Assembly (NCBI RefSeq): GCF_009914755.1 | Contig: NC_060944.1 | DNA from: the human T2T-CHM13v2.0 reference genome, Homo sapiens | Length of the DNA: 64,000 nucleotides | Reading direction: 5' to 3' (one strand) | Shown here: positions 28,846 to 49,690 of the stretch, one piece after another | Layout of the letters: each line of letters begins with the position of its first letter | Position numbering within the stretch: the stretch's first letter is position 1 | Position numbers and translations under genes: made by a program | The notes under the pieces: generated by a model | What the model was told of the DNA's origin: nothing | Seen by the model: the letters and a program-made list of their open reading frames with translations, nothing else | Databases searched by the model: none

Positions 28846-30289
28846 AAGTTCAACTTGTGATTGAAACAGCTATCTGGCTCAATTGAATAGCACAGATTTC
28901 CTCATGTTAGAGATTACCAACCAACCTTCTTTCAGCCTTTGAGCAAGCATTTTACTTGCTTCTCAGGAAAGGATGACAGATCATTTTGTAAACAAGCCAG
29001 AAGGAGTCTGATTCTCTAGCCCCCAGATTAAGACTCCATTTATTATTAATTTTCATAAGAATAAACAAGTTGTAATGTTTTGAGTACATCACAGGTAAAT
29101 AAAACCAAACCATATTACAAAATAAATCAGTGGAAAGATGACTTTGTATTTCACAGCAATTAGCTGGATGATTGGTTTTTGTTTTGCCTTGAGTTTTACA
29201 CTGGAAAATCAAATTTGAAAATTATGTTGAGAATAATGTGAAGCATTTGCTACTTTTATTACCAATTGCTTTTTGAAAGCTGTACTTATACATAAAATTA
29301 TTTGAGTTTCAATGTTACGAACAAAATTCTTGACATGGAAAGTTTCATCCAAAATTCTAAGCTGAGGAAGAGATTCATTAGTTGATGATTACCTTATGAT
29401 TTGGGTCTGTCGTAATGAGAAAGCGTCATCAAAAAAATATTTGTTGAGCAATTGTTTTTCAAGACCTTTGGTGTTTACAAAGCGTAAAAGATGCATATGC
29501 TTATGAAAGATGGTTCATTGGAGATCAATTGAGGTACTCATATATTCAAAGCCTCTGTGTTTTGAAAATTCTAATTGCCAGCACCAAATTAAAGTCATTG
29601 ACGTTTTTAAAAATGTTCCTACGTTTTATTATTGCAGTGTTCTGCACATTAAGTTATAAATATTTATATACCTAAGTGGAATTATGTCTCACGGTGGCTC
29701 CATAAGGCAGCTATATAGAAGAGAAGAATGTTTTCAGGGGAAGAGAAATAACAACAACAAAAACTCCACTAGCATGAAGTTCTTCTGAATAAGTCCTTTA
29801 AATTCTGGTTTTTGCTTTGTAACATTTTCTTTTCACAATTCCATGAAACCCCCAGAAGAGTAAAATGGACAAAGTAATTTTAAGGAAGCAGTGAAATCAA
29901 AGTTTCCAACCACCACGGTTTTGCTCAGTAATAAATTGTGTAGAGTGTTATGAAGATCTAATTCGAAAACCAACTTTTCAGAAACATGAAAAGAACAGTT
30001 ACGCTTTCTGTGTAATTTCTGGGGCTAGACTTTCCACTCCTGCAATGATTGTTTCTTCTGAATGCAGGATGTTAATGACCTGACTTGACTCATTCCTTTA
30101 ATTAAGTACCTCTGAAAATTGCCATATTTCCACTTCAGTTTGGGCTTTATTGATCTATTTGGGGGAAATCTAGGTGATATATTTCTAGACGTGAGGGAAG
30201 GCATGGAATTCATCCATCAGAAGGCTGCTGGTCCAATTCATCCAAAGACGAGTTCATTGAGAGGTTTTCACCCCCTCTGAGACTTGTAA

Positions 30290-30570
30290 TAATAATAACA
30301 ATAACGATGGCTGCTACTGTTGATACTGGATATGCAGTTATTGATACAGGACATGTAGTCCCTGGCACATATGTTATTTCATTCAATCTCTGCCATATCC
30401 TATGAGATTGGTTAATCACATAGTGCTGCTACTCCCCTTTTAGGCATGTGTAAATTCATGCTCAGAGTTTTTTTGAGCAAAAAATACTTGTTCAAGTTTC
30501 CATATATGACAAATGCTGATACTTGCATTTAAACCGCCTTTTTAACTTCGAACTTGGGCTCTACATACTA
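30290..30570 (-). mobile_element. MIR
   Basis: atgttatttcattcaatc...cctatgagatt...acttgttcaag...catttaaacc. Confidence 0.6.
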
Positions 30571-31229
30571 CATAACCTGTGCCTTGTATTGCATGATAAA
30601 ACAGGGATTTCAATGTATTCAGGAGATCTTGGTTTGGTGATTTTGAGTGATCTTTGAACAATTTATGCAATATGTCTCCAACTTTTAGAAAATTTAGGGA
30701 CCATTTATAGAAAAGATGTAGATCCCCTTGTGTTAGTTTAAATTGCTTTTATTATGTTATTTAATAAACATGACAGTTATCTTATTTTTATTTCTCATAT
30801 ACAACTATAAAAGCACAAGAAATTTACAAGTTAATGTCAAATAAAACCATAAAACCAATAAAGCTAAAGTTGAAAACATTAACATGATATAATACATGAT
30901 GTTATTTTGCTGAATTCCAAATTCTGCTCACAAGTGAATGGAATAACAGCTAGAAGCAAAGCTTTTTCTGAGTTTAGCGTGGCTGTAGTAGCTCATGCCA
31001 GGTCATGACTCTATTTTCCCACCACTTTGTTTTTTCTATCTGAACTGCTCATTTCCTTAGCGTACTATGATATTTTATAGCACCTATTAGTGTGACTGGA
31101 TCATTTACACATTATGCCCACTTCTTTCCCTAAAATATTAAGGTAACATTACTTGATCTCAACTCAGTCAGTACCATACTATGGTACTGAAAATGAGTAA
31201 TAGTGCTTACATGCATAATAACTGTTACA

Positions 31230-31553
31230 GACATTACTACCACTACATCTTCAGTTCTTGGCCCCATTCTGAAACATACAGGAAGATCACAGGTTTCCCA
31301 CCTGCATGAAGCTAGCTGTATCGTTGGACACATTTTGGCAAATGAAATGTGAATGGAAGAAACAAGAAACAGTGTGCAGTACCCAATGTGCATAATGGGA
31401 AAATGTCTAGATACTTCCATACAAAGGAAGCAGCCTCTATCACTGACCCAACCCTTCACCCTCCAGTGAGCAATAAACCTTGGCTTTGTTAACCACTGAG
31501 ATTTGCAAGTTATTTGTTGTAGCAGAATAACTTAATCTAATCTGACTAATGCA
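31230..31553 (+). mobile_element. Old MLT1 (I/J-like) LTR
   Basis: tttggcaaatgaaatgtga...gagcaataaacc...ccactgagatttg...tgactaatgca. Confidence 0.65.
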
Positions 31554-31998
31554 GAAATCATCCACACAATCCAACATATCCTTATGTTAATTTGGAAGTG
31601 GTATTATTATTTAAAAACACGAAATTAAAAGGTCACGTGCGCACAGTTGCAGCATCCCAACACATTCTTGAGGCTTCCAAATAGTCCACAATCTGCAATT
31701 CATGAACCATTAATCTATATATAGTATTGATCCTTCTCTTGTAAATGACATTTTCTCATATCATGTGGATGTAGTTGCCTTTTTATTTAAAATTCTCTGA
31801 GCAGTTATGCTCAGTCCCAGAAAATTGCTGGCTGATCCTAAATTGATGGCGTCAATGAAAATCCAATTTCCTGGCTCCCTGCATCAGCCTACTGCATCTA
31901 GAAAATCCTTCTGTCTCTAGAACTTCAGGAAAACGTAAAGAAATAGATAACTAACAGGCACTGAAGGCCAGTTGTATTCCATGCTTGAGTTAAATGTT

Positions 31999-32415
31999 TG
32001 TGGCCAGCCCATTAGTTTGGCAGATCCAGAATGTATTTGAAACCCTCTCCTCCCACCCTTTAGAGGCTGGAAAAGCTAAGAACGCATATTCACAGCTTCT
32101 TCTAAAGCGAGCAGTGACCCTGTGATGCATTCTGGACCATAATATCTAATTCAAAGTTATTGGGGTAGGTTCCAAAGCAGCTTTTACTCTTTTACTAACA
32201 AAAGAGATAGATTAATCTGGCTGTTATTCACTTCATCTTGCTGTGAACAAGCAGCTATATTTCGACTCTGAGGGAAAAGTCAAGAGACTTTCCCAATGTG
32301 GAGCCACTAAAACAATACCAGCAATTATCTACTTCTAGATTTTTTGTTACCTGAGAACAATAAAATTCTATTTAGGTTTTCTGTTCCTCATAGCTAAGTA
32401 CAATCCCAACGGACG
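31999..32415 (+). mobile_element. Old MLT1 (J/K/L-like) LTR
   Basis: ctacttctagattttttgttacctgagaacaataaaa...ggttttctgtt. Confidence 0.55.
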
Positions 32416-33519
32416 TTTTCAAGAATTTCTTCACCAAAACCTCACATGATGCACAGATGGCAGTAGTAAGATTAAAGTCATTTTAGAGGGCAGGAAATGC
32501 AAACCAGATAGGTAAGTTGATTTTCCTGCATACTGCACTTGTCACATTCTGTAGTTTATAGTTTAAACTCCATGAAGATAGGGTCTTGTTCGTTATAGTC
32601 TCCAGTTTATCATCATATTTGGTGATATAGCTAGAATGTGGTCAGAAAACATTTGTTGAATGAATTAATAAAGATTATACTGTAGCCATCAGCGTTAAGG
32701 AAGAATCGCAGTTCAGTACGATTCTACACTCTTAACTCCACCTTGCCAATATGGATACCTGGCCCCCTATTTGAGGCCACTTCTAAATCCCTTTTGCAGA
32801 AAGGGAAGTTGTTGCATAGACATAGACCATGGGATTACCACTTTGGGGGAAAAAACTACCTTAAGAAAATCAGCTCTACAAATGCTCTCTCAAAATTGCA
32901 AAAGCCGTTACCAAACACTAAGATGTTCTAATTAGCAAATTCCTCCTCGCATCATGCAAACACCCAAAGGTAAAAGAAGAGCCAGAAATGTTTGGAAAAT
33001 TTTCCTAGGGGAAGTGGTTGGAGAGGAAGAGGAATCTCAGTCCTCTAATTAAAAGAACGAACTTGAGCTAAAAAGCCATGTGGGACTGTTGTCGTGGTAA
33101 CATGATCCAAGCAAGAAAGTTTCCTAGAGTTGCTATTCAGAAAAAAACCTCTTGGTCTAGGAAGCGTTGCTTGTGATGCAAGATGCCAGGTTTTCAGGCC
33201 TAGACTTGGAAGATTTTGAAGCATTTATACCATGTCATTCACACTAATTCCAAGACACGGGGCAGATTGCTTATAATGTTATGCAAATAGCCAGTAGAGG
33301 GGAGAAAAACCCCACAAGATCATTTTCAAGCACCATTTGTTAACGTTATTAATATCCTTAAAAAGAAAATAATTGGAAATATACATTCTAATAGGCTTAT
33401 CTTCTCTAATTTCTTTTGAGTAGTTAAGATAACATTAGATTTAAGAAAATATGTCAAAAATAATTTCATTAGAATTCATTCAAGATTTTCGGTAATATAT
33501 ATCGAATATCAATATAAAC

Positions 33520-33971
33520 TATCAGTTAGCTATTGCTGTCTAATGACTCCCCACTTCCAAACTCAAATAGATAAGCATATATTACTATGAATCTATGGGC
33601 AGCTGCATGGTTCTACTGATCTCTGTGGGATTGGATGGATCTCGGTTAAGCTTACTTCTTCTTCAACCGCAGATCAAGTGGATGGTTCTGCTTGATCAGG
33701 TGGGCTCTTTCGGATGATTAGGGGTTTGTTGGTTGCAGGTTGGTCCAAAACGGCCTTGGCCAGAACAACTGGGCTCTCTTCCATGTGATTTGTTATCCAT
33801 GACAACCGTCCCACATGGCTCTTTCGCTCAACAGTCTATTCCAGGCTTGCATACATAATCGAGGCAGGGCTCCTAGAAAGAGCAGGAGTGAATAGGGCCT
33901 CTTGAGTTCTTGTCTCAGAACTCACATACCATAACTTCTGCTGCATTCTATTGGCCGAAATAAGTCATAAG
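33520..33971 (-). mobile_element. MLT1H-like LTR (truncated)
   Basis: tatcagttagctattgctg...cttctgctgcattctattggccgaaataagtcataag. Confidence 0.7.
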
Positions 33972-33974
33972 TTT

Positions 33975-38635
<4,661 letters not shown>

Positions 38636-38776
38636 TAAAAATGTTTTAAAAATTTAGTCCAGTCTTATACACTGTGCCTTTATTTGGAGTACTCAGGCAA
38701 TTTATATTTAATGTGATCATTGACATAATGGGGTCAAAATCTAACATGTTGGTGTTTACTATTTGTCTCATCTTTT

Positions 38777-40527
<1,751 letters not shown>

Positions 40528-40807
40528 TCATTCTGTATTTTTTAGTGAATCTAATTTATCTCCACTTTGGGCTTACTAGCTAATTCTCTTTGTTTTATGT
40601 TTTTAGTGTTTGCCCTTAAATTTAAATTTGCATCTTTAACTTTTTACATTCCAACACCAAATAACACTATACCACTTCTGGCATTATACTATTTTCATAT
40701 AACAGTATAGTTCCATTTTTCCTTTCTATGTTTTGTGTTATTGTTGTCCTATATTTTACTTCTATATTTTATGTATTTTTAAACATTATATATCTTTATT
40801 TGTAATA

Positions 40808-40887
40808 TTAGGTTGGTGCAAAAGTAATTGTGGTTTTGGCCATTAAAAATTATAGGCAGAACTGCAATTACTTTTGCACCAACCTAA
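40808..40887. mobile_element. MADE1 mariner MITE
   Basis: 80 bp; TIRs ttaggttggtgcaaaagtaattg / caattacttttgcaccaacctaa. Confidence 0.95.
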
Positions 40888-40889
40888 CA

Positions 40890-41060
40890 TAAATATATAT
40901 TCATATTACATATAAAGATAAATATGTAAATTTTTATAAATGTAAATATATTACATATAAACATAAGTATATATTCATGTTACATATATTACATATAAAT
41001 ATGTAATATGTTTACATATTTTTATAAATATTACATATATTATTATATATCTTTATAAAC
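40890..41060. repeat. AT-rich low-complexity tract
   Basis: Degenerate tatattacatataaa units. Confidence 0.8.
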
Positions 41061-41146
41061 ATTACAATACTGTTATTTTTGCTTTAAACAGTTTATTATC
41101 TTTTATGTAGACTAGAATAAGAAAAAGTTTTGTATTTGCCAAGTAA

Positions 41147-41533
<387 letters not shown>

Positions 41534-41923
41534 TTAAATATTTCTTATAGTACAGGCTGTGGGCAAAGAATTTTCTTAGCTTTTATTTATCTGAGAAAGT
41601 CTCTCTTTTATTCTATTTTAAGGGATTCTTTTTTTTGTTGTTGAATGTATAATTCCTAGTTGGCAAGGGTTTTTGTTGTTTGTTTGTTTCCTGAAGTACT
41701 TTAAAGTTATTTCTTGTCTTCTGGCCTGGAAAATATCTGGTAAAATATCTGTGGTAATTCTTATCTTTTCTGCTATATAAATAATGTATCTTTTCCCCGT
41801 CTGCCTTCTTATGATAATCTCTTTATCATTGTTTTAAAACATTTGATTATCATATGTCTTTGCTTTTCCTTGTGTTTATCTTTATTGGTGTTTTCTGAGG
41901 TTCTTGAGCTTGTCACCGTATAA

Positions 41924-42223
<300 letters not shown>

Positions 42224-43116
42224 CATATTGACTGATTTTTCTTCTGATTATGAGTCACATTTTTCTGCTTGTTGGCATGCCTACTAATATTTGATTAGAT
42301 TCAGACAATTATGACATTGTGACTTTTATCTTGTTAAACCCTTGGATTCTGTTGTCTTCTTTTATGGATTGTTAAGCTTTGTAATGGCAGGCAGTTAAGA
42401 AAATGACAGATCAGTTTAATATATTCAAGTCTTTTTTTAAAAGCTCCAACAGCATGGATGTAGGGCAAGTTTAGCTATATCACTAAGGTATGAGTCTCCT
42501 GGGGTCTCTATTTCAAGTAATGAGCAATGACTGTCCATTCTGACTGATAGGCATTTGAATGAGCCCCAATCTTAGTCAGCTTTTAGCATCATTCATCTTA
42601 TAATTCCTTGTCATTTTTTGTTCAGCTGTGCAGAGTTTTTCTCTACACTTGCACAGCTCATTATTCAGCAAAGCCTAATTAAACCCCTATGAAGATATCT
42701 GGAGTTCTTTTTTTCCATAGCTCCCCTTTTTATGGAACTCTACCAATATCTTTCAGCAGCCTTAGCCCCTCTGAACTCCAATCTCTATCTTCTCAAAGCA
42801 CTGAGATCATCATGCTCTTCTTTGCATTCTCCCTTCTTGAATTTCAGTCCGGAAAGTGCCTATAAGGATAAGATTCAGACAATGACAGAGCTCACTTTGT
42901 TTGTATGTCTTTTCACAGGAATCACAGTCCTTCAGTGCTTGTTTTTTTGTGTCAAAAGCAGTTGTTTTATGGATTTGGTTCAGTTTTGTAGTGTAGAGAG
43001 CAATTTCAGTGACATTTACTCCACTGTGACCAGAGTTAGATGCTATTTTGAGCCATAAATTTTACCTAATACACTTTCTACACTAAAATCTCCTGGAAAT
43101 ATATATATATATAAAA

Positions 43117-43431
43117 TTTTGTTTATTTATTTATTTTTGGTTTTTTTTTTTCCCGAGACGGAGTCTTGCTCTGTCACTCAGGTCGAAGTGCAGTGGCGTG
43201 ATCTCGGCTCACTGTAACCTCCGCCTCCCGGGTTCAAACAATTCTGCTTCAGCCTCCTGAGTAGCTGGGATTACAGGCACCCGCCACCACACCCAGCTAA
43301 TTTTTGTATTTTTAGTGGAGACAGGGTTTCACCATGTTGGCCAGGCTGGTCTCAAAGTCCTGACCTCATGATCCACCCGACTGGACCTCCCAAAGTGCTG
43401 GGATTACAGGCATGAGCCACCATGCCTGGCC
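43117..43431 (-). mobile_element. AluSg-like
   Basis: tgacctcatgatcc; TSD-like tctcctggaa(a)tat on both sides. Confidence 0.92.
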
Positions 43432-45393
43432 TTCTCCTGGAATATTTTAACCATACTACTCCTTATCACTTTTTTCCAGGTAGCTAGCCAGATTACAGTT
43501 TTTTTAAAAAAAGCATGCTTACCTCAATATTTTATTAAGCATATTAAATAGCTAAAACATTATTACAAAAAGAAACATAATCAAAATCTAACTCTCAGAA
43601 AAGTCATTATATTCTGTTATCTTTTTATAAGATTACTCTTACAGGTCGATTGGCAGAGATGACTGAGATGTAATTCTTTTCAGTAAATATCCTGGATCAG
43701 AATCATATAATCACTCATGTCTGCATCACTGAGAAACCCTTAAAATGCACAATATTTTTGAAAGCCAAAGTCCACAATGGTAGAAACAATTATGTAACTG
43801 AATTTTGTTACTATTGTTATTATTTTTTATTATCTTTCAATAAGAAAACTGGTTTACCTTAGAATTTATTTTCTTCTGTATTTTCTTGCATTTAGATTAG
43901 AAATATTACAAGTTGGGTATTTCTTCTATTGCATACATGTCTGCCAATTCATTCTTTGTCATGGCACCTGCTGTGGGGATTATGCATTTGAGACATTTAG
44001 TAATAGTGAAATGATGGTTGTTCTTGGGTCTTAACTCCTCTAAAAGCACCACAGAATTTTTTTTTAAAGAAATTAGAAGCACAGGAAGGGTGACAAAACA
44101 GTGTCTACTTTTTCTAAACTTCATCTTTGTATTATCTTTAATATAAGTCCTTATTAATAAAGTTCTTCTTGGAAACAAGCAAATATTTAGATAAACTGAT
44201 TTTTCTTTTTTACTCATAGTGGATTGAAAAATAATGTTCATGACTCCAGGCTCAATTTTTATGAGCATTTTTCAATTCTTGATTCAATAGAAGGGAATCA
44301 GAAATCATATACCACATCGGGGCATGAACAAAATGTTACATCACTAAATTGCCAAGAACCAGCCCCATGTTCATCATGAAACATTACATACCCGCCCCCC
44401 ACACACACGTGCGCACATACACACACACATGCATGCAAACACACATATTACCTGTACTCTAAGGCATAAACCTGAGCCCTAACCTTAGTCTGGTAATATT
44501 TCCTCATTCTAAAGAAGATATCTTGGTATCTTGGTCCCTATGGACAAACAAAGCAAGTGACACTTGTGGTAGCAATTTCAGATTAATGGCCTACTCAAGC
44601 GTGAAGATTGAAAAAAAATGATAGCCAGTTAGAAGTATTAATCATTTCTTGACAGCTTGCCCTAATAGCACCATTTTTATAGTTCTGTGGTAAATTCTGT
44701 TTTCAGACCGAAATCATTCAGTTATATATCATCTATGTTTGTAACAGCTCTCCCAGTTTTTGTACAAAATAAAGAATCAAGAAGGTGCTCGGGAGAGAGG
44801 AGGTGGCTGGGCAATGCATTTTCAATGAATCAGGTGCTTCCATGTTAGCTTTGATTTTTAGTTAAATGCACACACAATGATATTAAAAACATGACCAAAG
44901 AGCATTGCCTTTGAAGTCAGACATTCAAAAAAAAGCACATGCAAAGTAAGAGATAAGTTCTCTTTGTCAATGATAACTATGTCTCAGTGCTACGAAATAA
45001 AAATATAAATGGGATTTTTTGCCCTGAGCTCTTATCTGATCTATTGATATGTTTCTTGATAGCCCATGTTTATTTTGAACACTCTTATAATGGGTCAAAA
45101 TCATGAGGGCTCATTGTCCGTTAGTGGAAATTGTAAATACACATTTGGAATCACAAATGATAATTCCTGCAAGCAGCCTTAATTAAAAAGATGTGTAAAA
45201 AGATGTGTGCCAAGCCTGTTAAAGATCTCGTTAGCCCTTGACCCCCTTAACCTACTCTCAACAAAAATGGCAGAGCTCCTCTGCTCAAACCTAAGTCAGA
45301 TTGTGCCACTCTTTCACACAAAGCCTTCCAATTCCTTTCCATCCTACTCGGGGCAAAAGCCAAAGCCTTCTTGAAATCTATGAGGTCCTATGA

Positions 45394-45910
45394 TAGGGTC
45401 TGGCAAACTAACAGCCCACGGTCCAAATCTAGCCCATTCTTTCTTTTTGTACAGCTGCTAAACTAAGAAATGTTTTCTTAGCCTGTGCGTAGTGGCTCAC
45501 ACCTATAATCTCAGCACTTTGGGAGGCCAAGAGAGGTAGGAGGATCACCTGATCTCAGGAGTTCAAGACCAGCCTGGGCAAAACAGTGAGACCCTGTCTC
45601 AATAAAAAAATAAAAATATATAATAAATAAGTAGATAAAAAAGAAATGTATACTTAATATATATTTTTAAATGGTTGAAAAAACTCAAAAGAACAATAAT
45701 ATTTGTGGCATGTGAAAATGACATGAAATTTAAATTCCTATAAATAAAGTTTTATTGAAAGACAGCCAGGCCCATTCATTTATGCATTTTCTGTGGCTGC
45801 TTGTGTGCTACAATGGTAGAGGTGGGTCTTGGTAGTAACGACTGCATGATTCAGAAAGCCAAAATATTTACTATCTGATCCATTATAGAAATAAATGTGC
45901 CATCTGCTTC
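45394..45910. mobile_element. MER58B hAT-Charlie MITE interrupted by a FLAM
   Basis: tagggtctggcaaact...cagcccacggtccaaatc...aataaagttttattgaaa...aagccaaaatatttactatctg. Confidence 0.85.
45481..45640 (+). mobile_element. FLAM (free left Alu monomer)
   Basis: Single monomer ending gagaccctgtctc plus A-rich tail; TSD aagaaatgt(tt/at)(t/a)ctta. Confidence 0.85.
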
Positions 45911-46959
45911 CCTCTGTCTGCCATGGCCCCTGTTGGCTCTCATTCTTCCATTCACCCCTGCAGCCAAATGCTTCCACCTCACCCTCCTCATTGCTGTTCT
46001 TTGAACCTGGTGCTGTTCTCTCTGCTCAGACCCTTTGCTTTACTTCTCCCTTGGCTTAAATTTTGCTTTTTGTTTTCGTTATTTTTTGCAGATGTCTGAA
46101 TGGTTTTCTTTTTCATTCACTTCATGTCTTTATCCAGATCTTTCCTTCTCACTAAGACCTTCTGAGCCATTCTATTTAAAAGTGCCAACCTCCTCCTTCC
46201 CACCTCTTTCCCTTTCTGTGGTTAATTTGTCTCCAAAACTTCTCTTTCTCTCACATTCTCAAATTTTTACTTAATTATTTTGCTTATTGTTTGTCTTCAC
46301 AATCTAGAATGTTAAATTCTATGAGGTCAGGAATTTTTTGTCTTCCTTTTTTTTTCACCTTTTTTTTTTACTGCTAACTTCTTAGGACTAAACCAGTTTC
46401 TGGCCCACAGTAGATGCTCAATAAATATTTGTTGTATCAGTGCCTGAATATACATTGAAAACACATGCCTATTTTGTGATGGTGTCATCTATGTACTATA
46501 TATAGAGAGAGATCTTTGGGTAGGGAGTTTTTTTTTTTTTTTTTTTTTTTTTAATAGAAGACAAAGTCTTTGGTATTAAATTTGTCTTCACCGTGGTTTT
46601 TCTAGATTCTTCCTTTTGAGTGCTTTCCATTCTGCTAACAGGATGAGTACAACCTTCAATTTCCTATTGGTAAAACCATTTCTGTCTGAGGCCAGATCAA
46701 ACCTGGTGTAGTCAGAGTTTACTGACAAAAGCACCTGAAATTTCTCTTGATTCTGTTCATGGAATTGGCCCTGAATGAGGCTCCTCTTTCTCTTGCCTCA
46801 TAATCCTGAGTTCAGTTCCTTAAATCGTGTTCACTCCTGTAGCAATAATTGTAAAAATTCACCTTGATTGAATGCTTTCCTTGCCAGGTACTCTACACAG
46901 TCACAGATTTATTTACTCCTGAGGGAAGCAGTTGAGTACGAGCAGGTTTTTTTTTTTTT

Positions 46960-47355
46960 GGAAGAGATCTCAGGTTACACTGCATGAAAGTGGAGAAGTG
47001 AGACCTGCAAGGCAGGAAAGCATATAAAGTGTGCAATAAAGGGCAAGTTACCACTGTGGGCAACCAGGGCTCAATCTGCTGGGACCCTCTGGGTGACTAT
47101 CAGAGCACAACCCGTGTTTGTCTCCCAAGAGATGAGGAAACAGGGGTATTGTTTGAAAGTTATTCCTGGGAAATGACTTTCCAGTCTTGATCCTTCTGAT
47201 CAGCCTAATGATCAGGCTAAGAACGTGTACTGGCCAGAGACCTCTATCAGGCAGAGAGAAGAAAATCAGCTGTAGCTGTGTACTGTGGATAATCACCTTC
47301 AGTTTCTGTGCAGTAGCCCAGGTGATATGGTAGGGCATTGGCAACATCTGCTCAG
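46960..47355 (-). mobile_element. LTR33/LTR16-like ERVL LTR remnant
   Basis: agttaccactgtgggcaaccagggctcaatctgctggga...ggggtatt. Confidence 0.6.
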
Positions 47356-47357
47356 GC

Positions 47358-47560
47358 ACTTTCCATCATTATCTTCCTTAATTTTCCCAATGACTACATG
47401 AGATCAGTCATTACTGCCTCCATTTTACAGACACCCAAACTGAGATTCCGAGAAATATAAGGTGGGCAAGAGTGAAAGAGCCACAATTCCATTTTGAGAC
47501 TGTCTGATTCCTAATCCTGTGCTTGTGGCCACTGGGCATCCCAACTCTTCCAAAGCCATG
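47358..47560 (-). mobile_element. MIR
   Basis: ctccattttacagacacccaaactgag...attttgagactgtctgattcc. Confidence 0.6.
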
Positions 47561-47779
47561 TTGCTAAGTGGTCCCCTTCTTAACCACAAAATCCTGCTAA
47601 TTATTTTTTTGGATCCACTGTCAGCACAGCCATACAAATGTATACTTTCTCTCTTTCAGCCTTTCCATGATCCACCAAACAGCTCCAGCATCCACCCCTA
47701 CAATAAGTAACATCTGAGGACCTTTCTTCTTCCATTTCCTCCTCAAAATGTCTTTTTTTTTTCTTCTAGTTTCTGCAAG

Positions 47780-48740
<961 letters not shown>

Positions 48741-49429
48741 AATGCCATACTTTTATTAATGTAATTATGTGATTGTTATATCTCTTCTTCTTCAACGACA
48801 AGCTATGATCATCACCACTATCATCATTATCATTTCTACTTCTCCTTCCTAGCAGATGCCTGGTCTGACACCCATTTCTCAGTCTCTCAGTAGTACCAAC
48901 AGTGCCCTAACCATGAGCACATCTGAAGATTTTTCACCAATGTTGAAGTCAGCTCAAGGATGTTCATACCCAGCCCATGTAAGATGTGTAGAAAAGTTTC
49001 TGTTTTGTTTTGCAGTGAGATATTTCCTCCCTTAGCAGAGCTGAACTGACTTGTTTGATCATGGCTTCAGCAGCACCCATCAATAATTAAGTGAAATATC
49101 TCACACACTTGCACCTTTAGATTTTCTTTTTAATGCCGAGAGCGGGAAAGTACTTAAAACAGTCAAATAAACGTCACTTGTCCTTCAAAGCTGAATTTCA
49201 AAAGGACTTTGCACGAGCATCTCTACAAGATCTCCAGGAAGAAGAATATGCCTGGGGAGGTGTGGTGATTGGATCCACCTCCCCATATTGTGTATAAAAC
49301 ATTTAACTTCTTACAGAACAAAATACCGGTTGAAAAAGAAATGCAGTTTTCCTTGTGGAACATGAAACAGTGTTACAGGGTGGGTAATTTTTTCATCAAG
49401 GCTTTCCCTGACTTTATTACAATAACAGG

Positions 49430-49690
49430 TGTATTCATCAAGATAACCTATGTTAGGCTTCGGTAACAAATACCATACATCCCCCCAAACACATCCCAAA
49501 TCTCAGTAACCGAACACAATAAAAGTATGTGTTACTCATGTTAAGATCAAATGTCAGTCAGGCAGCCCTCTTGCATCTGGATCTTGGGGTCTCCAAGCTT
49601 CCTGACGCAGAGAAAGAAAGACAGGGAGGAAGCACACTGGCTCTGAGCTACATTGGTCTGAAAGCTGACCACATCGCTTCTACTTTTGCC
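49430..49690 (-). mobile_element. Old MLT1 LTR remnant
   Basis: ggtaacaaa...cccaaatctcagt...aacacaataaaagt. Confidence 0.5.

Larger units (their letters stand above)
45270..46445 (+). mobile_element. L2 3' region interrupted by MER58B
   Basis: ctaagtcagattgtgccactct...; tggcccacagtagatgctcaataaatatttgttg. Confidence 0.75.

Noticed and set aside
43906-44268. 120-aa minus-strand ORF
   Set aside because: AT-rich, no recognisable homology or exon structure
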